A stretch of 64,000 nt of DNA from Macrostomum hystrix (taxonomy: Eukaryota > Animalia > Platyhelminthes), in assembly GCA_950097015.1 (NCBI GenBank), contig CATNEN010000002.1, positions 3,410,001 through 3,474,000 of the forward strand. The letters run 5' to 3'. A program made the translations under genes and the position numbers. Each line of letters opens with the position of its first letter. Positions within the stretch are counted from its first letter, which is position 1. Below are positions 25,682 to 38,684 of the stretch, piece by piece. The notes below the pieces were generated by a model that was not told where the DNA came from, ran no database searches, and was given only the letters and a program-made list of their open reading frames with translations.

Positions 25682-26303
25682 CGTACATGGAATTTCGTCA
25701 ACTTGGTTGACGAATGTTCCAACCCTAATTTCTGCAGTTGACGAATATTCCAAATATTCCACTGCCAGTTGACGAAAGTTTCACAGCCAGATTAAAGGCA
25801 ACGGAGAACTGTCTTTGTGCACAATTTATTGCATATTGAACATGTGTTGATAGCCATTGCGCAGAAAAGCCTCCAAATTTTCTCAGATAAATGTCATCAA
25901 GACATTAACGATTGCATTACACTACACTAACAAATTTTATCCTTCTCGCATTTTTACCATCTTAAAAGTAAAACAATAAACAATAAAGACATGATTACTG
26001 AATGATTACTGAATTGTTACCAGTTGACAAAGTTAGAAGTGAAGTGAAAAAACGGAAAAGTAAAATGTAGTGCGAATGGCAAGTTGAATTCCCACCAAGT
26101 AATAAAATATGTATCATGTAAGTTAAAGTTAAAGTGTATCCAATGGCACACAGTTGACCAAAATTCAACATTTCTCATTGGTAGTTGACGAAGATTCCAT
26201 TGTTCCTATTGGCTACCTATTTCTATTCCAACTACCAAAGTACCAATTAATTTTTGTCAACTGAGAGTTGACTAAATGAAAGTTGACAAAAATTCTAGGA
26301 TCC
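25682..26303. mobile_element. Degenerate TIR element (MITE-like), 622 bp
   Basis: Imperfect TIRs (cgtacatggaatttcgtcaact versus reverse complement ggatcctagaatttttgtcaact), repeated AGTTGAC motifs near both ends, flanked by TTTCGAAA at 25674-25681 and 26304-26311. Confidence 0.55.
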
Positions 26304-27086
26304 TTTCGAAACAGTAATTGCAGTTAATATAATTTTAATAGGCCTAACCAATCCAATTTATATTTTATTTGACAATTCTTTTTTCACTTAGTCATTGTCA
26401 TTTCCTTAGTGCATCACATAGGCATTTCATTCTTGCTGCATTATAACAGGAAGCGGTTAATTCTAATCAAAGACAAAATCTGGCATACAATTAGGCCCAC
26501 TGGTATGGTAGGCCTAACTATATTGTATATAAACCATTAACTAGTTAAGACAAAAAGTGGCCTACTTTTGTTACTTGCTAAGCTCCAGCTCAAGATTATG
26601 TCATTATTGATTGTGTGATTTTTCTGCATAATGCATTGTTTGAGTCATGTTAATAACATTTAATTTGTATTATGCAGTTAATCACACAGTCTATTTGACA
26701 ATTCATCACAACTCCCTTTAACCCAAAACTGTGAAGCCTTCAAGCCTCCCTCTATTTTATAACCTTTACTCCTTAGTTGTAACATCTTTTACTTCTAAAT
26801 ATGCTAGGCCTACTTTTAAGCTTTTGCAAACATTTTTATATTCACTTTTATGTTTTTTCAGGTTTGGTTAATCATTATTTGATCGATAGATAGGTTAATG
26901 ACACTTGAATCACAGTTTTAAGGCTTAATTCACTAGCTTTCCTCATGGCTCTATTTTTTAGTTATTTATCTCAGCTACATTTGTTATATGTCAAAACAGT
27001 ACTAAGACTCTTATTATTTCCTGACCACTTGGGCTCTATTCAAAACTTCTAGGATTGAGGCCTAGTATTGTTGAAGATCAATAAGC

Positions 27087-30000
27087 ATGTTGGCACAACC
27101 CCAGATTGAGAATGCTGCCCAGGCTACTTCAAATAAGCGGCAAAAGAAGAAGAAGAAAGTGACCCCGGTAGTGCAGAACCAGTTCTTCCTGCATCACGTG
27201 CGCGAGATGAGGGACCAGGCAGTGGCCAAGAACTGGCAGAGCAAGCACACCTATGCCAAGATGGTGCGGGCTCTGGAACGCTATCCACTTAGGCTGGAGA
27301 CACCAAGGGCCTGCCTCATTCTTGAGGGCTTCGGACAGAAAACCTGCGAGACTTTGCAATCTAAACTGTCCGATTATGCTAAAGAGCTTGGTGGGTGCTT
27401 GTTAAGAATTTGATAAGCGATCAAGTATATTTACAATTCCATCCATTCTAGATCATTGTGCCCTACTCACAGCACTCCCATCCCACCCGAATTATTTCAG
27501 TCATTGACCACTTTAACTTGTTATTTATTTAGTCATTGAGTCTGTCATGAGGTTATCAGCCATGACTCAATCAATGATAGTAATAGATTTAGTCATCACC
27601 CACTTCACAGTCATCCATTCAGTCATCACCCACTTCATAGTCATCTATTCAGTCATCACCCACTTCACAGTCATCCATTCAGTCATTACCTACTTCACAG
27701 TCATCCATTCAGTCATCACCCACTTCACAGTCATCCATTCAGTCATCACCCACTTCATAGTCATCTATTCAGTCATCACCCACTTCACAGTCATCCATTC
27801 AGTCATTACCCACTTCACAGTCATCCATTCAGTCATCACCCACTTCACAGTCATCCATTCAGTCATCACCCACTTCACAGTCATCCATTTAGTCATCGCC
27901 CACTTCACAGAATCACAGTCATCCATTCAGTCATCACCCACTTCATAGTCACCCATTCAGTCATCACCCACTTCATAGTCATCCATTCAGTCATCACCCA
28001 CTTCATAGTCACCCATTCAGTCATCATCCATTCAGTCATCACCCACTTCATAGTCACCCATTCAGTCATCACCCACTTCATAGTAATCCATTCAGTCATC
28101 ACCCACTTTACAGTCATCCATTCAGTCATCACCCACTTCACAGTCATCCATTCAGTCATCACCCACTTCACAGTCATCCATTCAGTCATCACCCACTTCA
28201 CAGTCATCCATTCAGTCATCACCCACTTCACAGTCACGCGCAGATCCCAATACCTAGCCAATTATTTCCCGCCGCAGTGTTTTATTTTACTCGCACCTTC
28301 GCAAATTTTCTCCCCCAGGCGTCACAGAGGAGGAGGCGCTGCGAATTGGCAACGAACGATTTGCCACACCGAAGTCGCTCAAATTGAAGGTCAGAAAGCA
28401 GCCAGCTAAGCGGGCCCGCCTGTCCGAGTTCTCTGATGCGGACAGCTCGCTAGCGCCGACAGACCCAGCCGGCGGATTGGCTAGATCGAGATCAGCTTCC
28501 AGCGGCCCCGGTCAAAACTCTGAGTTGAGTCGTCTGGCTGTGAGTTTGCTTAGATTATGAGTTTTGGAAACGGCGCGAGTAGCTTTTTAACCTAGACTGA
28601 TTCATTATCTGGGACATCTGATAATTATTATTTTATTACACCTGCCCCAAATAGCTAGGCGACTCACGACCCATTTAAGTCGTGAGTCCGTCGTTCTAAC
28701 AACAAGGCTACAATCCCCTGAAAAACATATATTATTAATACAAAATAGAATGGGAAATAGCGCATCATTTGGTGACACTAGACCCGCAGCCAGCGAGGAG
28801 GCAATTCTGCCCATTCCGTTGACTCCTGAGCACACACTCACATAGGGCGTGTCCATCTGGCCTGATTTTCTCACCGTCAGGCAGTGTACACTCTCAATGT
28901 GCCTTGCACGACAAGCCTCCAAGCCTTCTCTCCGCGGCCGCGCCCCAATAAATGTGACCTCGCCGCGGGTTATCTCTAGGTAAACGGCGCGAGTAGCTAT
29001 ATCTTTATAACTTAATTTAAATGATTCGTCATCCTACAAGTGTTATACAGCTCTAATGGACAGGAGTTTACTAATGGACAGAGCCTAAACCTTACGCTCT
29101 GCTATGAATACGTATCTGCTATGACTCATGGCTTGTGAGTGACTGCATACGTCTGTTACATAATACTGCGATATGAGGCACTAGGCTAGGTTTTCTGTCT
29201 TATTCTACATTTTCATCTCGCCAATATTTTGGCATGGCTAAATTCCGCTCAAATTATCGTGAATGACTTTTTACTCTCATTGCCAGCTTCAACAAACCAT
29301 GCGTCATTTATAATTTAGTAGCTATTAGTTTGCTTCGTGGCATTGTGGCATTGGAACAGTTAGAACAGTTTCTGCTGCTTATTAAAAATTACCAGCAGAT
29401 CAATAATTTTTCTCATGTCGTAGTTTTTTGTTTTATTTAGTGAGGCGAGAAAGCTGTTTTATTGAGTAAGCTGTTTAGATTATTGCAGAAATCAACTGAA
29501 TTTTTGTATACAGCCTCATGTCAAACCCACTTCATATACCAAAGTTTATATGACCCACAGAGACATAAAAATTCTAATGACCCACCCACTCATTTACCTG
29601 GCCTATCTCTGACCCACTTACCTGTTCATACTTATGACCCACCCACTCATTCACCTGGCCTATCTCTGACACACCTGTTCAAGCTTATGACCCACCCACT
29701 CATTCACCTGGCCTATCTCTGACCCACTTACCTGTTCAAGCTTATGACCCACCCACTCATTCACCTGGCCTATCTCTGATCCACTTACCTGTTCAAGCTT
29801 ATGGCCCACCCACTCATTCACCTGGCCTATCTCTGATCCACTTACCTGTTCAAGCTTATGACCCACCCACTCATTCACCTGGCCTATCTCTGACCCACTT
29901 ACCTGTTCAAGCTTATGACCCACCCACTCATTCACCTGGCCTATCTCTGACCCACTTACCTGTTCAAGCTTATGACCCACCCACTCATTCACCTGGCCTA

Positions 30001-33000
30001 TCTCTGATCCACTTACCTGTTCAAGCTTATGGCCCACCCACTCATTTACCTGGCCTATCTCTGACCCACTTACCTGTTCATACTTATGACCCACTCACAT
30101 ACCCAAGCTTATGACCCACCCACATTCCCAATCTTATGACCCACCCACATTCCCAATCTTATGACCCACCCACATTCCCAATCTTATGACACACCCACAT
30201 TCCCAATCTTATGACACACCCACATTCCCAATCTTATGACCCACAGACATTCCCTATCTTATGACCCACCCACATTCCCAATCTTATGACCCACCCACAT
30301 TCCCAATCTTATGACACACCCACATTCCCAATCTTATGACACACCCACATTCCCAATCTTATGACCCACAGACATTCCCTATCTTATGACCCACCCACAT
30401 TCCCAATCTTATGACCCACCCACATTCCCAATCTTATGACCCACCCACATTCCCAATCTTATGACCCACCCAGATCACACAAGCAAACTAGTCCAACAAT
30501 CACAGTCAAGTCATTTGATTACTGAACCAATTCCCTAATCCGTTGCCAGGACAGCTCAGTGCGGCAGGAGTCTCAGCTGAGTCTATCCCAATCTCAGCAG
30601 CTGGCTGGTGAAGCATACCGACCAAAGCCGCGAACTGGTGCTCACGCCATCCTGCTCACTCTGCTGCAGAGCGGCGGCCCCGGCTACTCTCTGAGCAAAA
30701 CTGAACTCATGAATCTGGCCCAGCCTCTGTGCGACAGCTCATTTACCTGCGTGAGTTCTCACCCGCATTGTTGCTTCAATTCTAAGGGCCTTTTCACTGA
30801 TGATTCTTAACCTGTATGTAGTGTATGCGCTCCCTCCCTACCCATCAGTGCCTACTTCTCCCTGTCTCCCCTCCCTACCCATCACTGCCTACTTCTCCCT
30901 GTCTCCCCTCCCTACCCATCAGTGCCTACTTCTCCCTGTCTCCCTACCTACCCATCAGTGCCTACTTCTCCCTGTCTCCCCTCCCTACCCATCAGTGCCT
31001 ACTTCTCCCTGTCTCTCTACCTACCCATCAGTGCCTACTTCTCCCTGTCTCTCTACCTAGCCATCGGTGCCTACTTCTCCCTGTCTCCCCTCCCTACCCA
31101 TCAGTGCCTACTTCTCCCTGTCTCCCTACCTACCCATCAGTGCCTACTTCTCCCTGTCTCCCCTCCCTACCCATCAGTGTCTACTTCTCCCTGTCTCCCT
31201 ACCTACCCATCAGTGTCTACTTCTCCATGTCTCCCCTCCCTACCACTGCCTACTTCTCCCTGTCTCCCCTCACTACCCATCACTGCCTACTTCTCCCTGT
31301 CTCCCCTCCCTACCCATCACTGCCTACTTCTCCCTGTCTCCCCTCCCTACCCATCACTGCCTACTTCTCCCTGTCTCCCTTCCCTACCCATCACTGCCTA
31401 CTTCTCCCTGTCTCCCCTCCCTACCCATCACTGTCTACTTCTCCCTGTCTCCCCTCCCTACCCATCAGTGCCTACTTCTCCCTGTCTCCCCTCCCTACCC
31501 ATCAGTGCCTACTTCTCCCTGTCTCCCCTCCCTACCCATCAGTGCCTACTTCTCCCTGTCTCCCTACCTACCCATCAGTGCCTACTTCTCCCTGTCTCCC
31601 TACCTACCCATCAGTGCCTACTTCTCCCTGTCTCCCTACCTACCCATCAGTGCCTACTTCTCCCTGTCTCCCTACCTACCCATCAGTGCCTACTTCTCCC
31701 TGTCTCCCTACCTACCCATCAGTGCCTACTTCTCCCTGTCTCCCTACCTACCCATCAGTGTCTACTTCTCCCTGTCTGCCTTTCAATCCAGTGCACATTT
31801 TTATTGCATTTTAACGTTCTCAAGATTATAAATGTCGCTAAAGCTCAGCAGGGTCTAGCAATCCGTCCGCCTTGTGTCTCAAAATCCTCTCTCTAGCAAA
31901 AGTAAAGCATTTTCGTATTGCCTATTTTGAAAATTGCAAATTTCTCTATCCTCGCTTTGGCAGTCTCTTTAATTCTTTATTTCCAGTTCTTGTTTTGCAA
32001 TATGCGCGGCGTATCCATGCGTATTTCCATGATATAGGCTTGACACTAATAATACCTCTGTAGTGGCTAGCTTTTTTCATCATTTCCTACAAAAGCCTTG
32101 TCTTCTTTTGCTATTTTTTATCGTCCCGGTCTAAAGCGGCAGATTCTCTTTGTTCTCCAAACCTTTTTTATCTTTAGCTAGCTTTTTTCTACCAAAACTT
32201 CTTTTCATTGTGTCGGGTTTGCTTTTGTTTAGAAGGCTTTGTTACCTGTTCATTTACTCCCTGCCACATCACACGAGCTATTTTTACTATTAAAGTACTT
32301 CCAGTTAAAGCAGCTTAATGATGTGCTGTCTTCACTAAATCCCATTGATAGTACTCGTAAAACTCTTTTCCGCTTGTTTTATAATCCTCATTTCCTGATC
32401 AATAATCAGTAATAATCCCATCCCCCTATTCTCTAATCCCATCTTTACCATCTAACATATTCTCTAATCCCATCGTTATCATATAATCCCATCCCATGTT
32501 CTTTAATCCCATCTACTCACATCCACTATTCCACCCTTCTCCTGAATCCTCAGCCCCTTCACGTCTTCTGTTATTTTTTGTATTCTCAAGCTCTATCATA
32601 TCTCAAATCATCAAATTAAAACTACCCACTATACCCACTATACCCTATACCGACTATTATATTCCACGATTCCCTTGTCAAATTCATTACCACTCTAAAT
32701 AAAAAAATTCTTTTGATTTTGCCGCCTGCCATTGTTTAGCCGGCAGCCGGCTCACACTACACGGCCTGGTCCTCCATGAGCGGCCTTGTGAAACGCGGCC
32801 TCGTCGATCGCACGCGGTCCGCAGGCCGCACTCCGGGCTCCTACGCGCTGACCGAAGCCGGCATAGCCGCGGCGGCGTCTTTGATGTCCGCCGCCGATGC
32901 CACAGCGGCGGCAACATCAAAGCCCCACGATGCGCCGGAGCTGCCGGCGGAAACTTCAAAGGCTACGAAAAGGCCGGCGCAGCCTAAAAGGAAGGCTAAG

Positions 33001-35705
33001 AAAAAAACTGCAGCGGTTGAAGCGGCGGCGACATCAAATACGGCGGCAACTTTAAATATGGCGGCAACATCAAATACGGCGGCAACATCGAATACGGCGG
33101 CAACATCAAATACGGCGGCAACATCAAATACGGCGGCAACATCTAAGGTGCACGCGATATCAGACTCGGAAGATGAGTCTGGCCCTACAGAGATAGTAAA
33201 TGAGCCGCTGACTGAACAGGCGCCTAATTATTCTGTGCACTCTATATCTGATTCGGATGAGCATTCTGATGAGCCTGGTTTGGTCATAGAGCATCAGCAG
33301 CAGCAGCAACCGCAGGTGTCTCTTCAATTTGACTACTGCTCGGATAATAATTACGCCATTGTGCCCAACAAGCTGTTGGCTAAAAAGACATTCGATACCC
33401 TGCTAGACTGCGACTGTGTGCTCATTGTGTGCGAATACGAACAGCTGGTTCGCTGCAACCTGCACTATTCGCTGGATTTGGAGGCCATTGGGTGGGCAGC
33501 CGACTTTAGTTTAATTTCCTGACAATGCTTACAAAAATATGTGGTTAATGTCTAAAATTTAACTTTTTCTATGCAGCCGCTTTACTGATGGTCTGGTTGC
33601 TGCTTTTGTGCGAGAGTGCGACCTGCCCGAACTTAGCACCAAGGCGGCTGCGAAAGCCGCTGCTGATGCCGCTGCTGCTGCTGCTGCCGCCGCCTGTGCC
33701 GCTGCAACGGTAAAAATTAGTAAAACTGCAAAAAGTGCACCGGCCGTTGCTGCGATACCTTTGCGAACAGGTAAGCTGAGCCCCGCTAATCTGGGATTTG
33801 ATCCTCAAATCTGGGATTTGATCCTCAAATCTGGGATTTGATCCTCAAATCTGGGATTTGATCCTCAAATCTGGGATTTGATCCTCAAATCTGGGATTTG
33901 ATCCTCAAATCTGGGATTTGATCCTCAAATCTGGGATTTGATCCTCAAATCTGGGATTTGATCCTCAAATCTGGGATTTGATCCTCAAATCTGGGATTTG
34001 ATCCTCAAATCTGGGATTTAATCCTCAAATCTGGGATTTAATCCTCAAATCTGGGATTTAATCCTCAAATCTGGGATTTGATCTGGGATTTCCTTGTCCT
34101 CTGCAGCCTCATCAAATCCGGTGGTGTCCGTTGGCACTGCTGTGCTGACAAATCAGCCGTTAATAACTTCAAAAACGTTGGCATGGCAACGCCACGCATC
34201 AGCAACTGGCCTCACAGCTGCTCCAGCTACTGCTCCCACGGCTTCTACGGAAGAGCAGCCGCAATCAAAGTTGATCTACACAATTGAGCCAGATAAATTT
34301 GAAGTGATTTTCTGCATTGACAACCGAGAGCACTTCGGGTAGGTCAACTGTAATCCCACCTGAACACTTTAAAGTAATCCAGAAACTTTGATTGGTTACC
34401 TCTGGATTTCTAGTTACCTCTCCGGTAGCTAGAAATCAATGCAGCGGGATTCCAGTCGCATGAGAAATCGCACCTCTTTGAACTTTCAGCATGGGCAGTG
34501 TGAAGCAGATGCTGCTTCCAGGCCTATTAAAAAACAATGTGAAATGCGACGTTCGACCCTTGCAAGTGTCCGACTTTCTCTGGGTGGCCAAGTGTCGGGG
34601 TAAGTTTATTCCTCAATGCCCTACTTGAAGTAGAAATGCAAGCATTTTCATGGCATTTTGAATAAAAAGACAAAAAATGCCACAGAGACCGGCCGCGAAG
34701 CCGTACTCAACCTGCTGGTTGAGCGCAAGCGCATCGACGATCTGGCCAGCAGCATCAAGGACGGCCGCTTTCGTGAGCAGAAGTTCCGCCTGCGCCGTTC
34801 GGGCATCGCCCAGCTGTTACTTCTAGTCGAAGGCTTCGGCGGTCGGGCTGGAGCGGCCGGTCACGTCCGGATGCCGGAGGAGACCCTGGCGCAGGCCGTG
34901 TGCAATTCGCAGTTCATCGACCGGTGCACAGTGAAATACACGGACTCGGCTCAGCACACAGTGGCTTATTTAACTCTGCTCACCTGTCGCCTAAAGGACA
35001 TGTACAAGGGCAGGCGATTGTTGGTTCACGACTCCATGCCCGGCTCCAACTCGGACTGCAGGCCGAATCTTTCTGGCGTCCTCCCGTTCCGGTCGGCCGG
35101 AGTCGAAGCCGATGTTGTAGACTTTGGCGAGTTCAATCGAGCCGCTATTAAATCAAAGGTTTGTGATTGGCAGAAATCTCTGCCGATATGTGTCGAAAAT
35201 TCTTTTGTTTAGAATTCTCCTACATGTATCGAAAAACTGTAAATTTGAAGCTTAATCTGTATGTTATTAACTATGGCTAGAAAACTCTAAAACACAGAAA
35301 CTGGTTGTTCGAGAAATGCTGGCCAAGCATCTGCTTCAAATTGGCGGCGTCACCATGGAGAAAGCGTTTGCCATCGTTCAGCAGTACCCCACTGTGCAGG
35401 CGTGAGTTTATTTTAGTTTCTGTGTATTGTTTTTGCTTCTAAAAGTAACAATTTAAGTCTCGCAGATCTTTTACAACACGCTTTTCCTGAACAAAATTCT
35501 AAATGTTTTTGTCACTTATATGAGTAGCTAGTAGTTAATATTGCTTATCTGCTTTTTTAGACTGGTCGAAGCCTACTCTGCGTGTCAGAGCGAGGCTGAG
35601 AAGCGGCGCCTCCTGTCTGGCGTCTGTCACAATCGCCTATTTGATAAAAAGATCGGCGACTCCATCAGCAAAAGTGTGCGACTCAGTTTACAAATGCCAT
35701 TATAA
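27087..35705 (+). CDS. MUS81: Crossover junction endonuclease MUS81, 911 aa; exons 27087-27390, 28319-28539, 30550-30750, 32740-33491, 33577-33770, 34107-34338, 34490-34599, 34686-35158, 35298-35401, 35561-35705
   Basis: N-terminal HhH (YAKMVRALERYPL...ILEGFGQKTC), winged helix (YRPKPRTGAHAILLTL, YTAWSSMSGLVKRGLV), ERCC4 nuclease (IDNRE, VSDFLWVAK, VERKRIDDLASSIKDGRFREQKFRL) and C-terminal HhH (LLQIGGVTMEKAFAI). All introns are GT-AG with consistent phases; 2736 nt. Confidence 0.95.
27588..28235. repeat. 30-bp minisatellite in MUS81 intron 1
   Basis: CAGTCATCCATTCAGTCATCACCCACTTCA. Confidence 0.95.
28770..28981 (-). mobile_element. SINE family A copy in MUS81 intron 2, next to a family B head fragment (about 28660-28715)
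   Basis: Shares GACCCGCAGCC, GCAATTCTGCCCATT, GACAAGCC and AATAAATGTGACCTCGCCGCGG with the other copies. Confidence 0.7.
29575..30472. repeat. 57-bp array (29575-30090) abutting a related 25-bp array (30095-30472) in MUS81 intron 2
   Basis: Both contain CTTATGACCCACCCAC. Confidence 0.95.
30828..31778. repeat. 36-37-bp minisatellite in MUS81 intron 3
   Basis: CTACCCATCAGTGCCTACTTCTCCCTGTCTCCCTAC. Confidence 0.95.
33040..33145 (+). repeat. Coding 18-bp repeat in MUS81 exon 4 (AATSNT repeats)
   Basis: GGCGGCAACATCAAATAC units, in frame. Confidence 0.88.
33788..34091. repeat. 20-bp minisatellite in MUS81 intron 5
   Basis: TCCTCAAATCTGGGATTTGA, about 15 copies. Confidence 0.97.
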
Positions 35706-37043
35706 CTTCAGCCGATATGTATTGAAAAACTAATAACTAGAAGTTTTATTAATGCTCTTTAATTGCATTAAAAGATAACTAAAGCAGGAATATTTTCTTT
35801 TTCAAAATACTCTGTTTGACTATTCGTTTTAATACCTATTTGGCATATAATTGTCGCCTATATGTATCGAAAAAAAACTTTTCTTACACCAGCAGCAAGA
35901 AATTAACTTTGCATTTCTTCAGTCTCTGAAACCCATTGTGACTTTCTGAGTGGCACAGAAAAACTCATTTATGTAAAAATGCTTTATTTGCTGTAAAATC
36001 AAATTTGTTTTTACAATTATGTTGATTATTTGTCTTCAAATTTGCCTCATTGGCGTTTGAGTTTATTTTGTTACAATGCCAGCCCTTTTTTACTGCAGTC
36101 AGCTAGTACTATAATAAAATGCATCATTATTAATTCATGTTAATGTTCTCAGCTTCGTTTGAGTCAGATTGTAAAATTGCAGATTTATTGTCTTATGGCC
36201 CAACGAGAATTTCTGATATGGAGACATGCACACAGCTGCACAATGGGTGGGGACCGCTCTTACTGCCCAACACTTATGGACAAAAAATATGATGGAAAAA
36301 ATTAACCTGAAATGAGCAAATTGATGATGAAAGCAGTTCCTGTGAGTCTGTCTGTCTGTCTCCATTATTATTATATTAAGTTAAGCGCTATCCTAGCTCC
36401 ACTCTGTCTGCGTCTCGGCAGTGTAAAGTTGAGTGGCCCACTTACACTGTTTAATGCCATCCAGTCTTGAGGGTAAAGTAAATTTGCTCACAGTCATCAG
36501 GTGGGGGCTGAGCCTACCTGTCAGATGGGTATTAGCGATTTTGTCTTGACTGAAAACTGAGTGGCAGCCAGTCCTGGCATGGCATTGGCTGCTGGCCAAA
36601 CTGCTGGTAAACAGAGTGAGTTAATGAGTTATTCTTATGAGCACACTGCCTGTTTATAACATCTGGCTGCAGAATCAATATAAGTTCAGGTAGAATTGGT
36701 GATTTTCACTTTTATGAGTTTGCTGCTTTATGCTTTTATTGAAACAGTAAAAAGACAAAGCTTTGCAAAACTGCTGCCAACTGCTGGCGATATAAAAAGT
36801 TGGATAGCTTGCCAGCAAAATAACAAGCTAGCTTTCTAGGAAACAAGAGAGCAAAATCTTCAGAAAGAATTACCAGCCAACAAGTCGGCTTTCCGGCAAA
36901 CTAGCTAGCTTTCCAGCAAACAAGCTAGATTTCCAGCAAACAAGCCAGCTTACCAACAAATAAGCCGGCTTTCCAGCAAACAAGCCAGCTTCCAGCAAAC
37001 AAGCTACTTTTCCAGCAAGCTAGCCAGCTCAAGAGAACTCGGC

Positions 37044-38349
37044 ATGCCGTCCACGCAGCGCCGGGTGGAGTGGGGCAGGGCGATGCGCCAGCGCTCCTAT
37101 CAGCTGGCCTCGGAGACGCATCGGCAGAGTCGGCGCACTGGCGAGCAGCTCCGGCGCCGCCTGATGTCGGAGGCCGTTGCCACGGACGCCGAATTGGAAC
37201 GCCTGCGACGACAGAAGGCCGGCATGGAGGCTCGGCTGGACCGCTACAGCGGAGAGCTTGCCCGGCTGAGGTGACTCTCCCCTTCAGGAGCCATTCAGAT
37301 TCTCCCCTTCAGGAGCCATTCAGATTCTCCCATTCAGGAGCCATTCAGATTCTCCCCTTCAGGAGCCATTCAGATTCTCCCCTTCAGGAGCCATTCAGAT
37401 TCTCCCCTTCAGGAGCCATTCAGATTCTCCCCTTTAGGAGCCATTCAGATTCTCCCCTTCAGGAGCCATTCAGATTCTCCCATTTAGGAGCCATTCAGAT
37501 TCTCCCCTTCAGGAGCCATTCAGATTCTCCCCTTCAGGATCCATTCAGATTCTCCCCTTCAGAAGCCATTCAGATTCTCCCCTTCAGGATCCATTCAGAT
37601 TCTCCCCTTCAGGATCCATTCAGATTCTCCCCTTCAGGATCCATTCAGATTCTACCCTCCAGGAGCCTTTCAGATTCTAACCTTCAGGGTTCATTTTTGA
37701 CTCCGCTCTTCCCCTCAGGTCCAAGCGGATTCTCAGCGACATGGACCAAAGAACTGTCAGCCAGCCAGCCGCTCTGCCGGAGACCGACCTTCAGCCTGTT
37801 GAATCTACCTCCGCCGTCGTCACCGCTCGGGACGATGACCTCACCGACTGGGAGGCGGCCCGCCTAGCCGAGTTTGTTGCTAGGCAACGCGAAAACGAGG
37901 ACGCAGCGGACCCGGTTCAAATCGGCGGCCTCAGTCTGGAGAAGTTCCTCCGCCACTGCGAGTCCCGCCGCTCCATGGACGGCGCCATTCGCCGCCTGAG
38001 CGAATTTGTCGACGACTGGCAACCGGCGGCGACTTCGACAGGCGACATCGACGATGTCGAAATCGAGTGGCGATTTCGGCGACAGCAGCGACTTCGAGCC
38101 GCGGCGGCGGCTGCATCCAAGGAGTCGCCGAAGGCAGCAAAAGAGTACAACGAAGTTGACATCGTGACGACGGCAAAAATCGACATCGACGCCGAAGCCT
38201 CCGCTGGAGCTGACATCAGCCGGATCGAGCGCGACTTTCGCTCGCTACTTCAGGAGGCTCGCAAAGCGCGCTACCTGCGCGGACGCAACCCGGAAATTGT
38301 CGAACGCGATCGGGAACTGACGACTGAAGAAATTTTCAAAGCCTTTTGA
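37044..38349 (+). CDS. CCDC190-like coiled-coil protein, 285 aa; exons 37044-37270 and 37719-38349
   Basis: Phase-2 GT-AG intron joins ORF 37044 to ORF 37741. The C-terminal RKARYLRGRNPEIVERDRELTTEEIF resembles the CCDC190 C-terminal motif as I recall it; not verified by search. Confidence 0.7.
37276..37690. repeat. 25-bp minisatellite filling the CCDC190-like intron
   Basis: TCTCCCCTTCAGGAGCCATTCAGAT, about 16 copies. Confidence 0.96.
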
Positions 38350-38487
38350 GAGTGTCTTGAAAAAAAAACTGTGTTATGATTTGGCGATTGTCACAAGGCT
38401 TTTTTCAATGCTTGGATTATTTAATGTGAAATTTCTTTTAGTAGCAAGTAGTAATCTGATAAAATATTCGGTTTCTAAAAAACTTTA

Positions 38488-38582
38488 GGGTACTTGGCGG
38501 TCTAACACGATCGCCTCTCGCATCTAAGTCGTGAGCTCGATTTCGCGGCGAGGCCACATTCATTTAGGGTGCAGCAGCGTCC
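38488..38582 (+). mobile_element. SINE family A head fragment
   Basis: GAGCTCGATTTCGCGGCGAGGCCACATT matches the family A head. Confidence 0.6.
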
Positions 38583-38684
38583 TAAGTAAGAAAGCTTCTC
38601 GTTTCTGAAAAAAATGTTTGAAAATTTTCAAATCTTTCTTTAAGATCCCCTCAAGCTCTATAGTTTCCAAGACATGTCTCGCCT

